Assembly (NCBI RefSeq): GCF_000497125.1
Contig: NC_090604.1
Coordinates: 206,651-270,650 of the forward strand
DNA length: 64,000 bases
Reading direction: 5' to 3'
Source of the DNA: Spironucleus salmonicida
Lineage: Eukaryota
Of the stretch, positions 10,251 through 21,041 are shown in pieces (positions within the stretch are counted from its first letter, which is position 1; each line of letters begins with the position of its first letter). The notes below the pieces were generated by a model. It was not told where the DNA came from. It made no database searches and saw only the letters and a list, made by a program, of their open reading frames with translations. Position numbers and translations under genes: made by a program.

Positions 10251-10368
10251 AATTCGGCACAGCTCTTTCCCTCGTAGTCTCCCAGCGAAGTACTCAATAC
10301 TGCCAGGTCAGGCTTCACTTCACAATTTGGAACAAGATGTGGTGTTTAACTGACTGTATGACCGAATC
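10251..10368 (-). rRNA. 5S: 5S rRNA
   Basis: Identical array copy. Confidence 0.92.
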
Positions 10369-10800
10369 GAGAGTACTGGGACGGCCGGAAAGAAGGGGCG
10401 CCTCGCGCTGTTACTTTGCGACGCTTCCCGTGAGGCGCTAGCTCGAAGTGGGCCACGAGATGCTTCAGCTACCGCCCTGGGAAGCCAAGGTGAAAGTGCG
10501 TGGCTAAAGGTTGGGACGTACCAAGCCACTACGAAGTGGGAGTGAGACAGCATACTTAGGGGAGGCGCTGTGAAGGCAGATGACGGAGAAGTGACGGCTG
10601 CCCTTTCTAGCGTTTGGTTAGCTTGGGTGCATAGCCTCTGCTGGTAGATTTTGTTATAGGTGCAGTTAGTAAAAGCTAATGCTAGGGCTAGGCAATTAAT
10701 AGAATAAATACTGCCGAAACGTATAAATAAATCATTAGCATAGCTTATCAGCCAGCTAGAGTGGAGGGACGTGAGGGCGCTATAAATCAAGTAGGGTCAC

Positions 10801-12027
10801 TCAGATCTCATTCCTCTGCACGAGGGGGAGCTCGGTGTGCATTCTCTGCTTCCTGCTGCGCACGGCGAAGGCCACGACACCGATGACCGCGGTCAGGGCG
10901 ACGACACCGCCGAGGACGGCACCGATGGTGGCGGCCTGGGAGGCTCTGTTGGCGGGCGCGACGCACTGGTGGGCCTGGAAGAGGTAGCCGGGTCTGCACG
11001 CGGCGCAGTAGCGCTCGTCGCAGGACAGGCACCCCTCGGGGCAGGCGGCGCACTGGCCGGTGGTGGTCTGGCGGAAGCCGACCTCGCACTCGTTGCAGGA
11101 GTCGCCGCTCTGGACCTTGCAGTTGGCGATGCCGCCGGGGACGACTGGTGGAGGCGTGGGAGGGTTCACCGAGCCGCAGGAGCTGGCGTCGGCACAGACC
11201 CCGGCTGGGGTGAGGTAGAAGCCGAGCCCGCAACCGAGGCACTCGGAGGTGCTGCAGATGGCGCAGCCCTCGGCGCAGGGGACGCAGAGCCCGTTGGTGA
11301 GGGCGTGACCGGGGTGGCACACGAGGCAGCCGTCGGCGCCCTCGATCTGACAGGAGTTGGGCTTGGGCACGCATACGTTGTCCTGGACGGCGAGGCCTTC
11401 CTTGCACACGACGCACTTTTCTTCGTACTGGAAGTCGCAGTTGGCGACGGCGGCGAAGCAGTTGCCGCCCTGCTGGACGAAGCCTGGGATGCAAGTGGTG
11501 CAGCCGGAGGCATCGGAGGATGCGCAGAGGGAAGGGTTGGTGACGCAGGTGTTGTTCATGACGGCGAAGCCCTCGCGGCAGTTGACACACTTCTCCTCGT
11601 ACTGGTAGTCGCAGTTCTTCACGCCGGCGTAGCAGTTGCCGTTGGTGTTGGAGTAGCCAGGCTTGCAGCTGATGCAGCCCTCGGGGGTGTTGGTCTCGCA
11701 GAAGGCGGGGTTGGTGACGCACTTGTTGCCGGCGTTGGCCATGCCGTCCTTGCACACGACGCACTTCTCCTCGTACTGGAACTCGCAGTTGGCGACAGCC
11801 GCGAAGCAGTTGCCGTCCTGTTCGACGTGGCCGGGCTTGCAGGTGGCGCAGCCGTCGATGCCCTGAACGGAGCAGAGGGCGGGGTTGGTGACGCACTTGT
11901 TGTCGGCGACGGCGAAGCCCTCGCGGCAGTTGATGCAGGTGGCCTCGTACTGGAACTCGCAGTTCTTGATGTTGGGGATGCAGGTGTTGTTCTCACGGTG
12001 GGTGTTGGTCGGGCAGGTCGCGCTCAT
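10801..12027 (-). CDS. CRMP array copy 6 (408 aa)
   Basis: Intact near-identical copy. Confidence 0.92.
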   Translation of the reverse strand: MSATCPTNTHRENNTCIPNIKNCEFQYEATCINCREGFAVADNKCVTNPALCSVQGIDGCATCKPGHVEQDGNCFAAVANCEFQYEEKCVVCKDGMANAGNKCVTNPAFCETNTPEGCISCKPGYSNTNGNCYAGVKNCDYQYEEKCVNCREGFAVMNNTCVTNPSLCASSDASGCTTCIPGFVQQGGNCFAAVANCDFQYEEKCVVCKEGLAVQDNVCVPKPNSCQIEGADGCLVCHPGHALTNGLCVPCAEGCAICSTSECLGCGLGFYLTPAGVCADASSCGSVNPPTPPPVVPGGIANCKVQSGDSCNECEVGFRQTTTGQCAACPEGCLSCDERYCAACRPGYLFQAHQCVAPANRASQAATIGAVLGGVVALTAVIGVVAFAVRSRKQRMHTELPLVQRNEI

Positions 12028-12213
12028 TGGTAGTGGAGTGGGCGGGTCGGATCGGGGGTATAATACGGTATTAGGCCGATAATCTATTTCGGGCCGAGTT
12101 AGAATAGGTGGAGCGGAGTTGGATTGCCTTGGGTATCCGCGCCATCGTGCAGAATACCCGGCCGGGTGGAAGGGCGGACCCATCCCGAGGCGGGCGGTGC
12201 GCGAGAAAGATAA

Positions 12214-12331
12214 AATTCGGCACAGCTCTTTCCCTCGTAGTCTCCCAGCGAAGTACTCAATACTGCCAGGTCAGGCTTCACTTCACAATTTGGAACAAGA
12301 TGTGGTGTTTAACTGACTGTATGACCGAATC
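12214..12331 (-). rRNA. 5S: 5S rRNA
   Basis: Identical array copy. Confidence 0.92.
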
Positions 12332-12763
12332 GAGAGTACTGGGACGGCCGGAAAGAAGGGGCGCCTCGCGCTGTTACTTTGCGACGCTTCCCGTGAGGCG
12401 CTAGCTCGAAGTGGGCCACGAGATGCTTCAGCTACCGCCCTGGGAAGCCAAGGTGAAAGTGCGTGGCTAAAGGTTGGGACGTACCAAGCCACTACGAAGT
12501 GGGAGTGAGACAGCATACTTAGGGGAGGCGCTGTGAAGGCAGATGACGGAGAAGTGACGGCTGCCCTTTCTAGCGTTTGGTTAGCTTGGGTGCATAGCCT
12601 CTGCTGGCAGATTTTGTTATAGGTGCAGTTAGTAAAAGCTAATGCTAGGGCTAGGCAATTAATAGAATAAATACTGCCGAAACGTATAAATAAATCATTA
12701 GCATAGCTTATCAGCCAGCTAGAGTGGAGGGACGTGAGGGCGCTATAAATCAAGTAGGGTCAC

Positions 12764-13990
12764 TCAGATCTCATTCCTCTGCACGAGGGGGAGCTCGGTG
12801 TGCATTCTCTGCTTCCTGCTGCGCACGGCGAAGGCCACGACACCGATGACCGCGGTCAGGGCGACGACACCGCCGAGGACGGCACCGATGGTGGCGGCCT
12901 GGGAGGCTCTGTTGGCGGGCGCGACGCACTGGTGGGCCTGGAAGAGGTAGCCGGGTCTGCACGCGGCGCAGTAGCGCTCGTCGCAGGACAGGCACCCCTC
13001 GGGGCAGGCGGCGCACTGGCCGGTGGTGGTCTGGCGGAAGCCGACCTCGCACTCGCTGCAGGAGTCGCCGCTCTGGACCTTGCAGTTGGCGATGCCGCCG
13101 GGGACGACTGGTGGAGGCGTGGGAGGGTTCACCGAGCCGCAGGAGCTGGCGTCGGCACAGACCCCGGCTGGGGTGAGGTAGAAGCCGAGCCCGCAACCGA
13201 GGCACTCGGAGGTGCTGCAGATGGCGCAGCCCTCGGCGCAGGGGACGCAGAGCCCGTTGGTGAGGGCGTGACCGGGGTGGCACACGAGGCAGCCGTCGGC
13301 GCCCTCGATCTGACAGGAGTTGGGCTTGGGCACGCATACGTTGTCCTGGACGGCGAGGCCTTCCTTGCACACGACGCACTTTTCTTCGTACTGGAAGTCG
13401 CAGTTGGCGACGGCGGCGAAGCAGTTGCCGCCCTGCTGGACGAAGCCTGGGATGCAAGTGGTGCAGCCGGAGGCATCGGAGGATGCGCAGAGGGAAGGGT
13501 TGGTGACGCAGGTGTTGTTCATGACGGCGAAGCCCTCGCGGCAGTTGACACACTTCTCCTCGTACTGGTAGTCGCAGTTCTTCACGCCGGCGTAGCAGTT
13601 GCCGTTGGTGTTGGAGTAGCCAGGCTTGCAGCTGATGCAGCCCTCGGGGGTGTTGGTCTCGCAGAAGGCGGGGTTGGTGACGCACTTGTTGCCGGCGTTG
13701 GCCATGCCGTCCTTGCACACGACGCACTTCTCCTCGTACTGGAACTCGCAGTTGGCGACAGCCGCGAAGCAGTTGCCGTCCTGTTCGACGTGGCCGGGCT
13801 TGCAGGTGGCGCAGCCGTCGATGCCCTGAACGGAGCAGAGGGCGGGGTTGGTGACGCACTTGTTGTCGGCGACGGCGAAGCCCTCGCGGCAGTTGATGCA
13901 GGTGGCCTCGTACTGGAACTCGCAGTTCTTGATGTTGGGGATGCAGGTGTTGTTCTCACGGTGGGTGTTGGTCGGGCAGGTCGCGCTCAT
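12764..13990 (-). CDS. CRMP array copy 7 (408 aa)
   Basis: Intact near-identical copy. Confidence 0.92.
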   Translation of the reverse strand: MSATCPTNTHRENNTCIPNIKNCEFQYEATCINCREGFAVADNKCVTNPALCSVQGIDGCATCKPGHVEQDGNCFAAVANCEFQYEEKCVVCKDGMANAGNKCVTNPAFCETNTPEGCISCKPGYSNTNGNCYAGVKNCDYQYEEKCVNCREGFAVMNNTCVTNPSLCASSDASGCTTCIPGFVQQGGNCFAAVANCDFQYEEKCVVCKEGLAVQDNVCVPKPNSCQIEGADGCLVCHPGHALTNGLCVPCAEGCAICSTSECLGCGLGFYLTPAGVCADASSCGSVNPPTPPPVVPGGIANCKVQSGDSCSECEVGFRQTTTGQCAACPEGCLSCDERYCAACRPGYLFQAHQCVAPANRASQAATIGAVLGGVVALTAVIGVVAFAVRSRKQRMHTELPLVQRNEI

Positions 13991-14176
13991 TGGTAGTGGA
14001 GTGGGCGGGTCGGATCGGGGGTATAATACGGTATTAGGCCGATAATCTATTTCGGGCCGAGTTAGAATAGGTGGAGCGGAGTTGGATTGCCTTGGGTATC
14101 CGCGCCATCGTGCAGAATACCCGGCCGGGTGGAAGGGCGGACCCATCCCGAGGCGGGCGGTGCGCGAGAAAGATAA

Positions 14177-14294
14177 AATTCGGCACAGCTCTTTCCCTCG
14201 TAGTCTCCCAGCGAAGTACTCAATACTGCCAGGTCAGGCTTCACTTCACAATTTGGAACAAGATGTGGTGTTTAACTGACTGTATGACCGAATC
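14177..14294 (-). rRNA. 5S: 5S rRNA (doublet)
   Basis: Identical array copy. Confidence 0.92.
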
Positions 14295-14389
14295 GAGAGT
14301 ACTGGGGCGTGGCCGCGGACCCGGGCGCTGGGCGGGTGCTGGGAAGCGGGCCCGCCCATCCCGAGGCGGGCGGTGCGCGAGAAAGATAA

Positions 14390-14507
14390 AATTCGGCACA
14401 GCTCTTTCCCTCGTAGTCTCCCAGCGAAGTACTCAATACTGCCAGGTCAGGCTTCACTTCACAATTTGGAACAAGATGTGGTGTTTAACTGACTGTATGA
14501 CCGAATC
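14390..14507 (-). rRNA. 5S: 5S rRNA (doublet)
   Basis: Identical array copy. Confidence 0.92.
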
Positions 14508-14939
14508 GAGAGTACTGGGACGGCCGGAAAGAAGGGGCGCCTCGCGCTGTTACTTTGCGACGCTTCCCGTGAGGCGCTAGCTCGAAGTGGGCCACGAGAT
14601 GCTTCAGCTACCGCCCTGGGAAGCCAAGGTGAACGTGCGTGGCTAAAGGTTGGGACGTACCAAGCCACTACGAAGTGGGAGTGAGACAGCATACTTAGGG
14701 GAGGCGCTGTGAAGGCAGATGACGGAGAAGTGACGGCTGCCCTTTCTAGCGTTTGGTTAGCTTGGGTGCATAGCCTCTGCTGGTAGATTTTGTTATAGGT
14801 GCAGTTAGTAAAAGCTAATGCTAGGGCTAGGCAATTAATAGAATAAATACTGCCGAAACGTATAAATAAATCATTAGCATAGCTTATCAGCCAGCTAGAG
14901 TGGAGGGACGTGAGGGCGCTATAAATCAAGTAGGGTCAC

Positions 14940-16166
14940 TCAGATCTCATTCCTCTGCACGAGGGGGAGCTCGGTGTGCATTCTCTGCTTCCTGCTGCGC
15001 ACGGCGAAGGCCACGACACCGATGACCGCGGTCAGGGCGACGACACCGCCGAGGACGGCACCGATGGTGGCGGCCTGGGAGGCTCTGTTGGCGGGCGCGA
15101 CGCACTGGTGGGCCTGGAAGAGGTAGCCGGGTCTGCACGCGGCGCAGTAGCGCTCGTCGCAGGACAGGCACCCCTCGGGGCAGGCGGCGCACTGGCCGGT
15201 GGTGGTCTGGCGGAAGCCGACCTCGCACTCGTTGCAGGAGTCGCCGCTCTGGACCTTGCAGTTGGCGATGCCGCCGGGGACGACTGGTGGAGGCGTGGGA
15301 GGGTTCACCGAGCCGCAGGAGCTGGCGTCGGCACAGACCCCGGCTGGGGTGAGGTAGAAGCCGAGCCCGCAACCGAGGCACTCGGAGGTGCTGCAGATGG
15401 CGCAGCCCTCGGCGCAGGGGACGCAGAGCCCGTTGGTGAGGGCGTGACCGGGGTGGCACACGAGGCAGCCGTCGGCGCCCTCGATCTGACAGGAGTTGGG
15501 CTTGGGCACGCATACGTTGTCCTGGACGGCGAGGCCTTCCTTGCACACGACGCACTTTTCTTCGTACTGGAAGTCGCAGTTGGCGACGGCGGCGAAGCAG
15601 TTGCCGCCCTGCTGGACGAAGCCTGGGATGCAAGTGGTGCAGCCGGAGGCATCGGAGGATGCGCAGAGGGAAGGGTTGGTGACGCAGGTGTTGTTCATGA
15701 CGGCGAAGCCCTCGCGGCAGTTGACACACTTCTCCTCGTACTGGTAGTCGCAGTTCTTCACGCCGGCGTAGCAGTTGCCGTTGGTGTTGGAGTAGCCAGG
15801 CTTGCAGCTGATGCAGCCCTCGGGGGTGTTGGTCTCGCAGAAGGCGGGGTTGGTGACGCACTTGTTGCCGGCGTTGGCCATGCCGTCCTTGCACACGACG
15901 CACTTCTCCTCGTACTGGAACTCGCAGTTGGCGACAGCCGCGAAGCAGTTGCCGTCCTGTTCGACGTGGCCGGGCTTGCAGGTGGCGCAGCCGTCGATGC
16001 CCTGAACGGAGCAGAGGGCGGGGTTGGTGACGCACTTGTTGTCGGCGACGGCGAAGCCCTCGCGGCAGTTGACGCAGGTGGCCTCGTACTGGAACTCGCA
16101 GTTCTTGATGTTGGGGATGCAGGTGTTGTTCTCGCGGTGGGTGTTGGTCGGGCAGGTCGCGCTCAT
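14940..16166 (-). CDS. CRMP array copy 8 (408 aa)
   Basis: Intact near-identical copy. Confidence 0.92.
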   Translation of the reverse strand: MSATCPTNTHRENNTCIPNIKNCEFQYEATCVNCREGFAVADNKCVTNPALCSVQGIDGCATCKPGHVEQDGNCFAAVANCEFQYEEKCVVCKDGMANAGNKCVTNPAFCETNTPEGCISCKPGYSNTNGNCYAGVKNCDYQYEEKCVNCREGFAVMNNTCVTNPSLCASSDASGCTTCIPGFVQQGGNCFAAVANCDFQYEEKCVVCKEGLAVQDNVCVPKPNSCQIEGADGCLVCHPGHALTNGLCVPCAEGCAICSTSECLGCGLGFYLTPAGVCADASSCGSVNPPTPPPVVPGGIANCKVQSGDSCNECEVGFRQTTTGQCAACPEGCLSCDERYCAACRPGYLFQAHQCVAPANRASQAATIGAVLGGVVALTAVIGVVAFAVRSRKQRMHTELPLVQRNEI

Positions 16167-16352
16167 TGGTAGTGGAGTGGGCGGGTCGGATCGGGGGTAT
16201 AATACGGTATTAGGCCGATAATCTATTTCGGGCCGAGTTAGAATAGGTGGAGCGGAGTTGGATTGCCTTGGGTATCCGCGCCATCGTGCAGAATACCCGG
16301 CCGGGTGGAAGGGCGGACCCATCCCGAGGCGGGCGGTGCGCGAGAAAGATAA

Positions 16353-16470
16353 AATTCGGCACAGCTCTTTCCCTCGTAGTCTCCCAGCGAAGTACTCAAT
16401 ACTGCCAGGTCAGGCTTCACTTCACAATTTGGAACAAGATGTGGTGTTTAACTGACTGTATGACCGAATC
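16353..16470 (-). rRNA. 5S: 5S rRNA (doublet)
   Basis: Identical array copy. Confidence 0.92.
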
Positions 16471-16565
16471 GAGAGTACTGGGGCGTGGCCGCGGACCCGG
16501 GCGCTGGGCGGGTGCTGGGAAGCGGGCCCGCCCATCCCGAGGCGGGCGGTGCGCGAGAAAGATAA

Positions 16566-16683
16566 AATTCGGCACAGCTCTTTCCCTCGTAGTCTCCCAG
16601 CGAAGTACTCAATACTGCCAGGTCAGGCTTCACTTCACAATTTGGAACAAGATGTGGTGTTTAACTGACTGTATGACCGAATC
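16566..16683 (-). rRNA. 5S: 5S rRNA (doublet)
   Basis: Identical array copy. Confidence 0.92.
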
Positions 16684-17115
16684 GAGAGTACTGGGACGGC
16701 CGGAAAGAAGGGGCGCCTCGCGCTGTTACTTTGCGACGCTTCCCGTGAGGCGCTAGCTCGAAGTGGGCCACGAGATGCTTCAGCTACCGCCCTGGGAAGC
16801 CAAGGTGAAAGTGCGTGGCTAAAGGTTGGGACGTACCAAGCCACTACGAAGTGGGAGTGAGACAGCATACTTAGGGGAGGCGCTGTGAAGGCAGATGACG
16901 GAGAAGTGACGGCTGCCCTTTCTAGCGTTTGGTTAGCTTGGGTGCATAGCCTCTGCTGGTAGATTTTGTTATAGGTGCAGTTAGTAAAAGCTAATGCTAG
17001 GGCTAGGCAATTAATAGAATAAATACTGCCGAAACGTATAAATAAATCATTAGCATAGCTTATCAGCCAGCTAGAGTGGAGGGACGTGAGGGCGCTATAA
17101 ATCAAGTAGGGTCAC

Positions 17116-18342
17116 TCAGATCTCATTCCTCTGCACGAGGGGGAGCTCGGTGTGCATTCTCTGCTTCCTGCTGCGCACGGCGAAGGCCACGACACCGATG
17201 ACCGCGGTCAGGGCGACGACACCGCCGAGGACGGCACCGATGGTGGCGGCCTGGGAGGCTCTGTTGGCGGGCGCGACGCACTGGTGGGCCTGGAAGAGGT
17301 AGCCGGGTCTGCACGCGGCGCAGTAGCGCTCGTCGCAGGACAGGCACCCCTCGGGGCAGGCGGCGCACTGGCCGGTGGTGGTCTGGCGGAAGCCGACCTC
17401 GCACTCGTTGCAGGAGTCGCCGCTCTGGACCTTGCAGTTGGCGATGCCGCCGGGGACGACTGGTGGAGGCGTGGGAGGGTTCACCGAGCCGCAGGAGCTG
17501 GCGTCGGCACAGACCCCGGCTGGGGTGAGGTAGAAGCCGAGCCCGCAACCGAGGCACTCGGAGGTGCTGCAGATGGCGCAGCCCTCGGCGCAGGGGACGC
17601 AGAGCCCGTTGGTGAGGGCGTGACCGGGGTGGCACACGAGGCAGCCGTCGGCGCCCTCGATCTGACAGGAGTTGGGCTTGGGCACGCATACGTTGTCCTG
17701 GACGGCGAGGCCTTCCTTGCACACGACGCACTTTTCTTCGTACTGGAAGTCGCAGTTGGCGACGGCGGCGAAGCAGTTGCCGCCCTGCTGGACGAAGCCT
17801 GGGATGCAAGTGGTGCAGCCGGAGGCATCGGAGGATGCGCAGAGGGAAGGGTTGGTGACGCAGGTGTTGTTCATGACGGCGAAGCCCTCGCGGCAGTTGA
17901 CACACTTCTCCTCGTACTGGTAGTCGCAGTTCTTCACGCCGGCGTAGCAGTTGCCGTTGGTGTTGGAGTAGCCAGGCTTGCAGCTGATGCAGCCCTCGGG
18001 GGTGTTGGTCTCGCAGAAGGCGGGGTTGGTGACGCACTTGTTGCCGGCGTTGGCCATGCCGTCCTTGCACACGACGCACTTCTCCTCGTACTGGAACTCG
18101 CAGTTGGCGACAGCCGCGAAGCAGTTGCCGTCCTGTTCGACGTGGCCGGGCTTGCAGGTGGCGCAGCCGTCGATGCCCTGAACGGAGCAGAGGGCGGGGT
18201 TGGTGACGCACTTGTTGTCGGCGACGGCGAAGCCCTCGCGGCAGTTGATGCAGGTGGCCTCGTACTGGAACTCGCAGTTCTTGATGTTGGGGATGCAGGT
18301 GTTGTTCTCACGGTGGGTGTTGGTCGGGCAGGTCGCGCTCAT
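17116..18342 (-). CDS. CRMP array copy 9 (408 aa)
   Basis: Intact near-identical copy. Confidence 0.92.
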   Translation of the reverse strand: MSATCPTNTHRENNTCIPNIKNCEFQYEATCINCREGFAVADNKCVTNPALCSVQGIDGCATCKPGHVEQDGNCFAAVANCEFQYEEKCVVCKDGMANAGNKCVTNPAFCETNTPEGCISCKPGYSNTNGNCYAGVKNCDYQYEEKCVNCREGFAVMNNTCVTNPSLCASSDASGCTTCIPGFVQQGGNCFAAVANCDFQYEEKCVVCKEGLAVQDNVCVPKPNSCQIEGADGCLVCHPGHALTNGLCVPCAEGCAICSTSECLGCGLGFYLTPAGVCADASSCGSVNPPTPPPVVPGGIANCKVQSGDSCNECEVGFRQTTTGQCAACPEGCLSCDERYCAACRPGYLFQAHQCVAPANRASQAATIGAVLGGVVALTAVIGVVAFAVRSRKQRMHTELPLVQRNEI

Positions 18343-18528
18343 TGGTAGTGGAGTGGGCGGGTCGGATCGGGGGTATAATACGGTATTAGGCCGATAATCT
18401 ATTTCGGGCCGAGTTAGAATAGGTGGAGCGGAGTTGGATTGCCTTGGGTATCCGCGCCATCGTGCAGAATACCCGGCCGGGTGGAAGGGCGGACCCATCC
18501 CGAGGCGGGCGGTGCGCGAGAAAGATAA

Positions 18529-18646
18529 AATTCGGCACAGCTCTTTCCCTCGTAGTCTCCCAGCGAAGTACTCAATACTGCCAGGTCAGGCTTCACTTCA
18601 CAATTTGGAACAAGATGTGGTGTTTAACTGACTGTATGACCGAATC
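18529..18646 (-). rRNA. 5S: 5S rRNA
   Basis: Identical array copy. Confidence 0.92.
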
Positions 18647-19078
18647 GAGAGTACTGGGACGGCCGGAAAGAAGGGGCGCCTCGCGCTGTTACTTTGCGAC
18701 GCTTCCCGTGAGGCGCTAGCTCGAAGTGGGCCACGAGATGCTTCAGCTACCGCCCTGGGAAGCCAAGGTGAACGTGCGTGGCTAAAGGTTGGGACGTACC
18801 AAGCCACTACGAAGTGGGAGTGAGACAGCATACTTAGGGGAGGCGCTGTGAAGGCAGATGACGGAGAAGTGACGGCTGCCCTTTCTAGCGTTTGGTTAGC
18901 TTGGGTGCATAGCCTCTGCTGGTAGATTTTGTTATAGGTGCAGTTAGTAAAAGCTAATGCTAGGGCTAGGCAATTAATAGAATAAATACTGCCGAAACGT
19001 ATAAATAAATCATTAGCATAGCTTATCAGCCAGCTAGAGTGGAGGGACGTGAGGGCGCTATAAATCAAGTAGGGTCAC

Positions 19079-20305
19079 TCAGATCTCATTCCTCTGCACG
19101 AGGGGGAGCTCGGTGTGCATTCTCTGCTTCCTGCTGCGCACGGCGAAGGCCACGACACCGATGACCGCGGTCAGGGCGACGACACCGCCGAGGACGGCAC
19201 CGATGGTGGCGGCCTGGGAGGCTCTGTTGGCGGGCGCGACGCACTGGTGGGCCTGGAAGAGGTAGCCGGGTCTGCACGCGGCGCAGTAGCGCTCGTCGCA
19301 GGACAGGCACCCCTCGGGGCAGGCGGCGCACTGGCCGGTGGTGGTCTGGCGGAAGCCGACCTCGCACTCGTTGCAGGAGTCGCCGCTCTGGACCTTGCAG
19401 TTGGCGATGCCGCCGGGGACGACTGGTGGAGGCGTGGGAGGGTTCACCGAGCCGCAGGAGCTGGCGTCGGCACAGACCCCGGCTGGGGTGAGGTAGAAGC
19501 CGAGCCCGCAACCGAGGCACTCGGAGGTGCTGCAGATGGCGCAGCCCTCGGCGCAGGGGACGCAGAGCCCGTTGGTGAGGGCGTGACCGGGGTGGCACAC
19601 GAGGCAGCCGTCGGCGCCCTCGATCTGACAGGAGTTGGGCTTGGGCACGCATACGTTGTCCTGGACGGCGAGGCCTTCCTTGCACACGACGCACTTTTCT
19701 TCGTACTGGAAGTCGCAGTTGGCGACGGCGGCGAAGCAGTTGCCGCCCTGCTGGACGAAGCCTGGGATGCAAGTGGTGCAGCCGGAGGCATCGGAGGATG
19801 CGCAGAGGGAAGGGTTGGTGACGCAGGTGTTGTTCATGACGGCGAAGCCCTCGCGGCAGTTGACACACTTCTCCTCGTACTGGAAGTCGCAGTTCTTCAC
19901 GCCGGCGTAGCAGTTGCCGTTGGTGTTGGAGTAGCCAGGCTTGCAGCTGATGCAGCCCTCGGGGGTGTTGGTCTCGCAGAAGGCGGGGTTGGTGACGCAC
20001 TTGTTGCCGGCGTTGGCCATGCCGTCCTTGCACACGACGCACTTCTCCTCGTACTGGAACTCGCAGTTGGCGACAGCCGCGAAGCAGTTGCCGTCCTGTT
20101 CGACGTGGCCGGGCTTGCAGGTGGCGCAGCCGTCGATGCCCTGAACGGAGCAGAGGGCGGGGTTGGTGACGCACTTGTTGTCGGCGACGGCGAAGCCCTC
20201 GCGGCAGTTGACGCAGGTGGCCTCGTACTGGAACTCGCAGTTCTTGATGTTGGGGATGCAGGTGTTGTTCTCACGGTGGGTGTTGGTCGGGCAGGTCGCG
20301 CTCAT
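19079..20305 (-). CDS. CRMP array copy 10 (408 aa; mosaic Y/F haplotype)
   Basis: Intact; reads NCYAGVKNCDFQY. Confidence 0.92.
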   Translation of the reverse strand: MSATCPTNTHRENNTCIPNIKNCEFQYEATCVNCREGFAVADNKCVTNPALCSVQGIDGCATCKPGHVEQDGNCFAAVANCEFQYEEKCVVCKDGMANAGNKCVTNPAFCETNTPEGCISCKPGYSNTNGNCYAGVKNCDFQYEEKCVNCREGFAVMNNTCVTNPSLCASSDASGCTTCIPGFVQQGGNCFAAVANCDFQYEEKCVVCKEGLAVQDNVCVPKPNSCQIEGADGCLVCHPGHALTNGLCVPCAEGCAICSTSECLGCGLGFYLTPAGVCADASSCGSVNPPTPPPVVPGGIANCKVQSGDSCNECEVGFRQTTTGQCAACPEGCLSCDERYCAACRPGYLFQAHQCVAPANRASQAATIGAVLGGVVALTAVIGVVAFAVRSRKQRMHTELPLVQRNEI

Positions 20306-20491
20306 TGGTAGTGGAGTGGGCGGGTCGGATCGGGGGTATAATACGGTATTAGGCCGATAATCTATTTCGGGCCGAGTTAGAATAGGTGGAGCGGAGTTGG
20401 ATTGCCTTGGGTATCCGCGCCATCGTGCAGAATACCCGGCCGGGTGGAAGGGCGGACCCATCCCGAGGCGGGCGGTGCGCGAGAAAGATAA

Positions 20492-20609
20492 AATTCGGCA
20501 CAGCTCTTTCCCTCGTAGTCTCCCAGCGAAGTACTCAATACTGCCAGGTCAGGCTTCACTTCACAATTTGGAACAAGATGTGGTGTTTAACTGACTGTAT
20601 GACCGAATC
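20492..20609 (-). rRNA. 5S: 5S rRNA
   Basis: Identical array copy. Confidence 0.92.
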
Positions 20610-21041
20610 GAGAGTACTGGGACGGCCGGAAAGAAGGGGCGCCTCGCGCTGTTACTTTGCGACGCTTCCCGTGAGGCGCTAGCTCGAAGTGGGCCACGAG
20701 ATGCTTCAGCTACCGCCCTGGGAAGCCAAGGTGAAAGTGCGTGGCTAAAGTTTGGGACGTACCAAGCCACTACGAAGTGGGAGTGAGACAGCATACTTAG
20801 GGGAGGCGCTGTGAAGGCAGATGACGGAGAAGTGACGGCTGCCCTTTCTAGCGTTTGGTTAGCTTGGGTGCATAGCCTCTGCTGGTAGATTTTGTTATAG
20901 GTGCAGTTAGTAAAAGCTAATGCTAGGGCTAGGCAATTAATAGAATAAATACTGCCGAAACGTATAAATAAATCATTAGCATAGCTTATCAGCCAGCTAG
21001 AGTGGAGGGACGTGAGGGCGCTATAAATCAAGTAGGGTCAC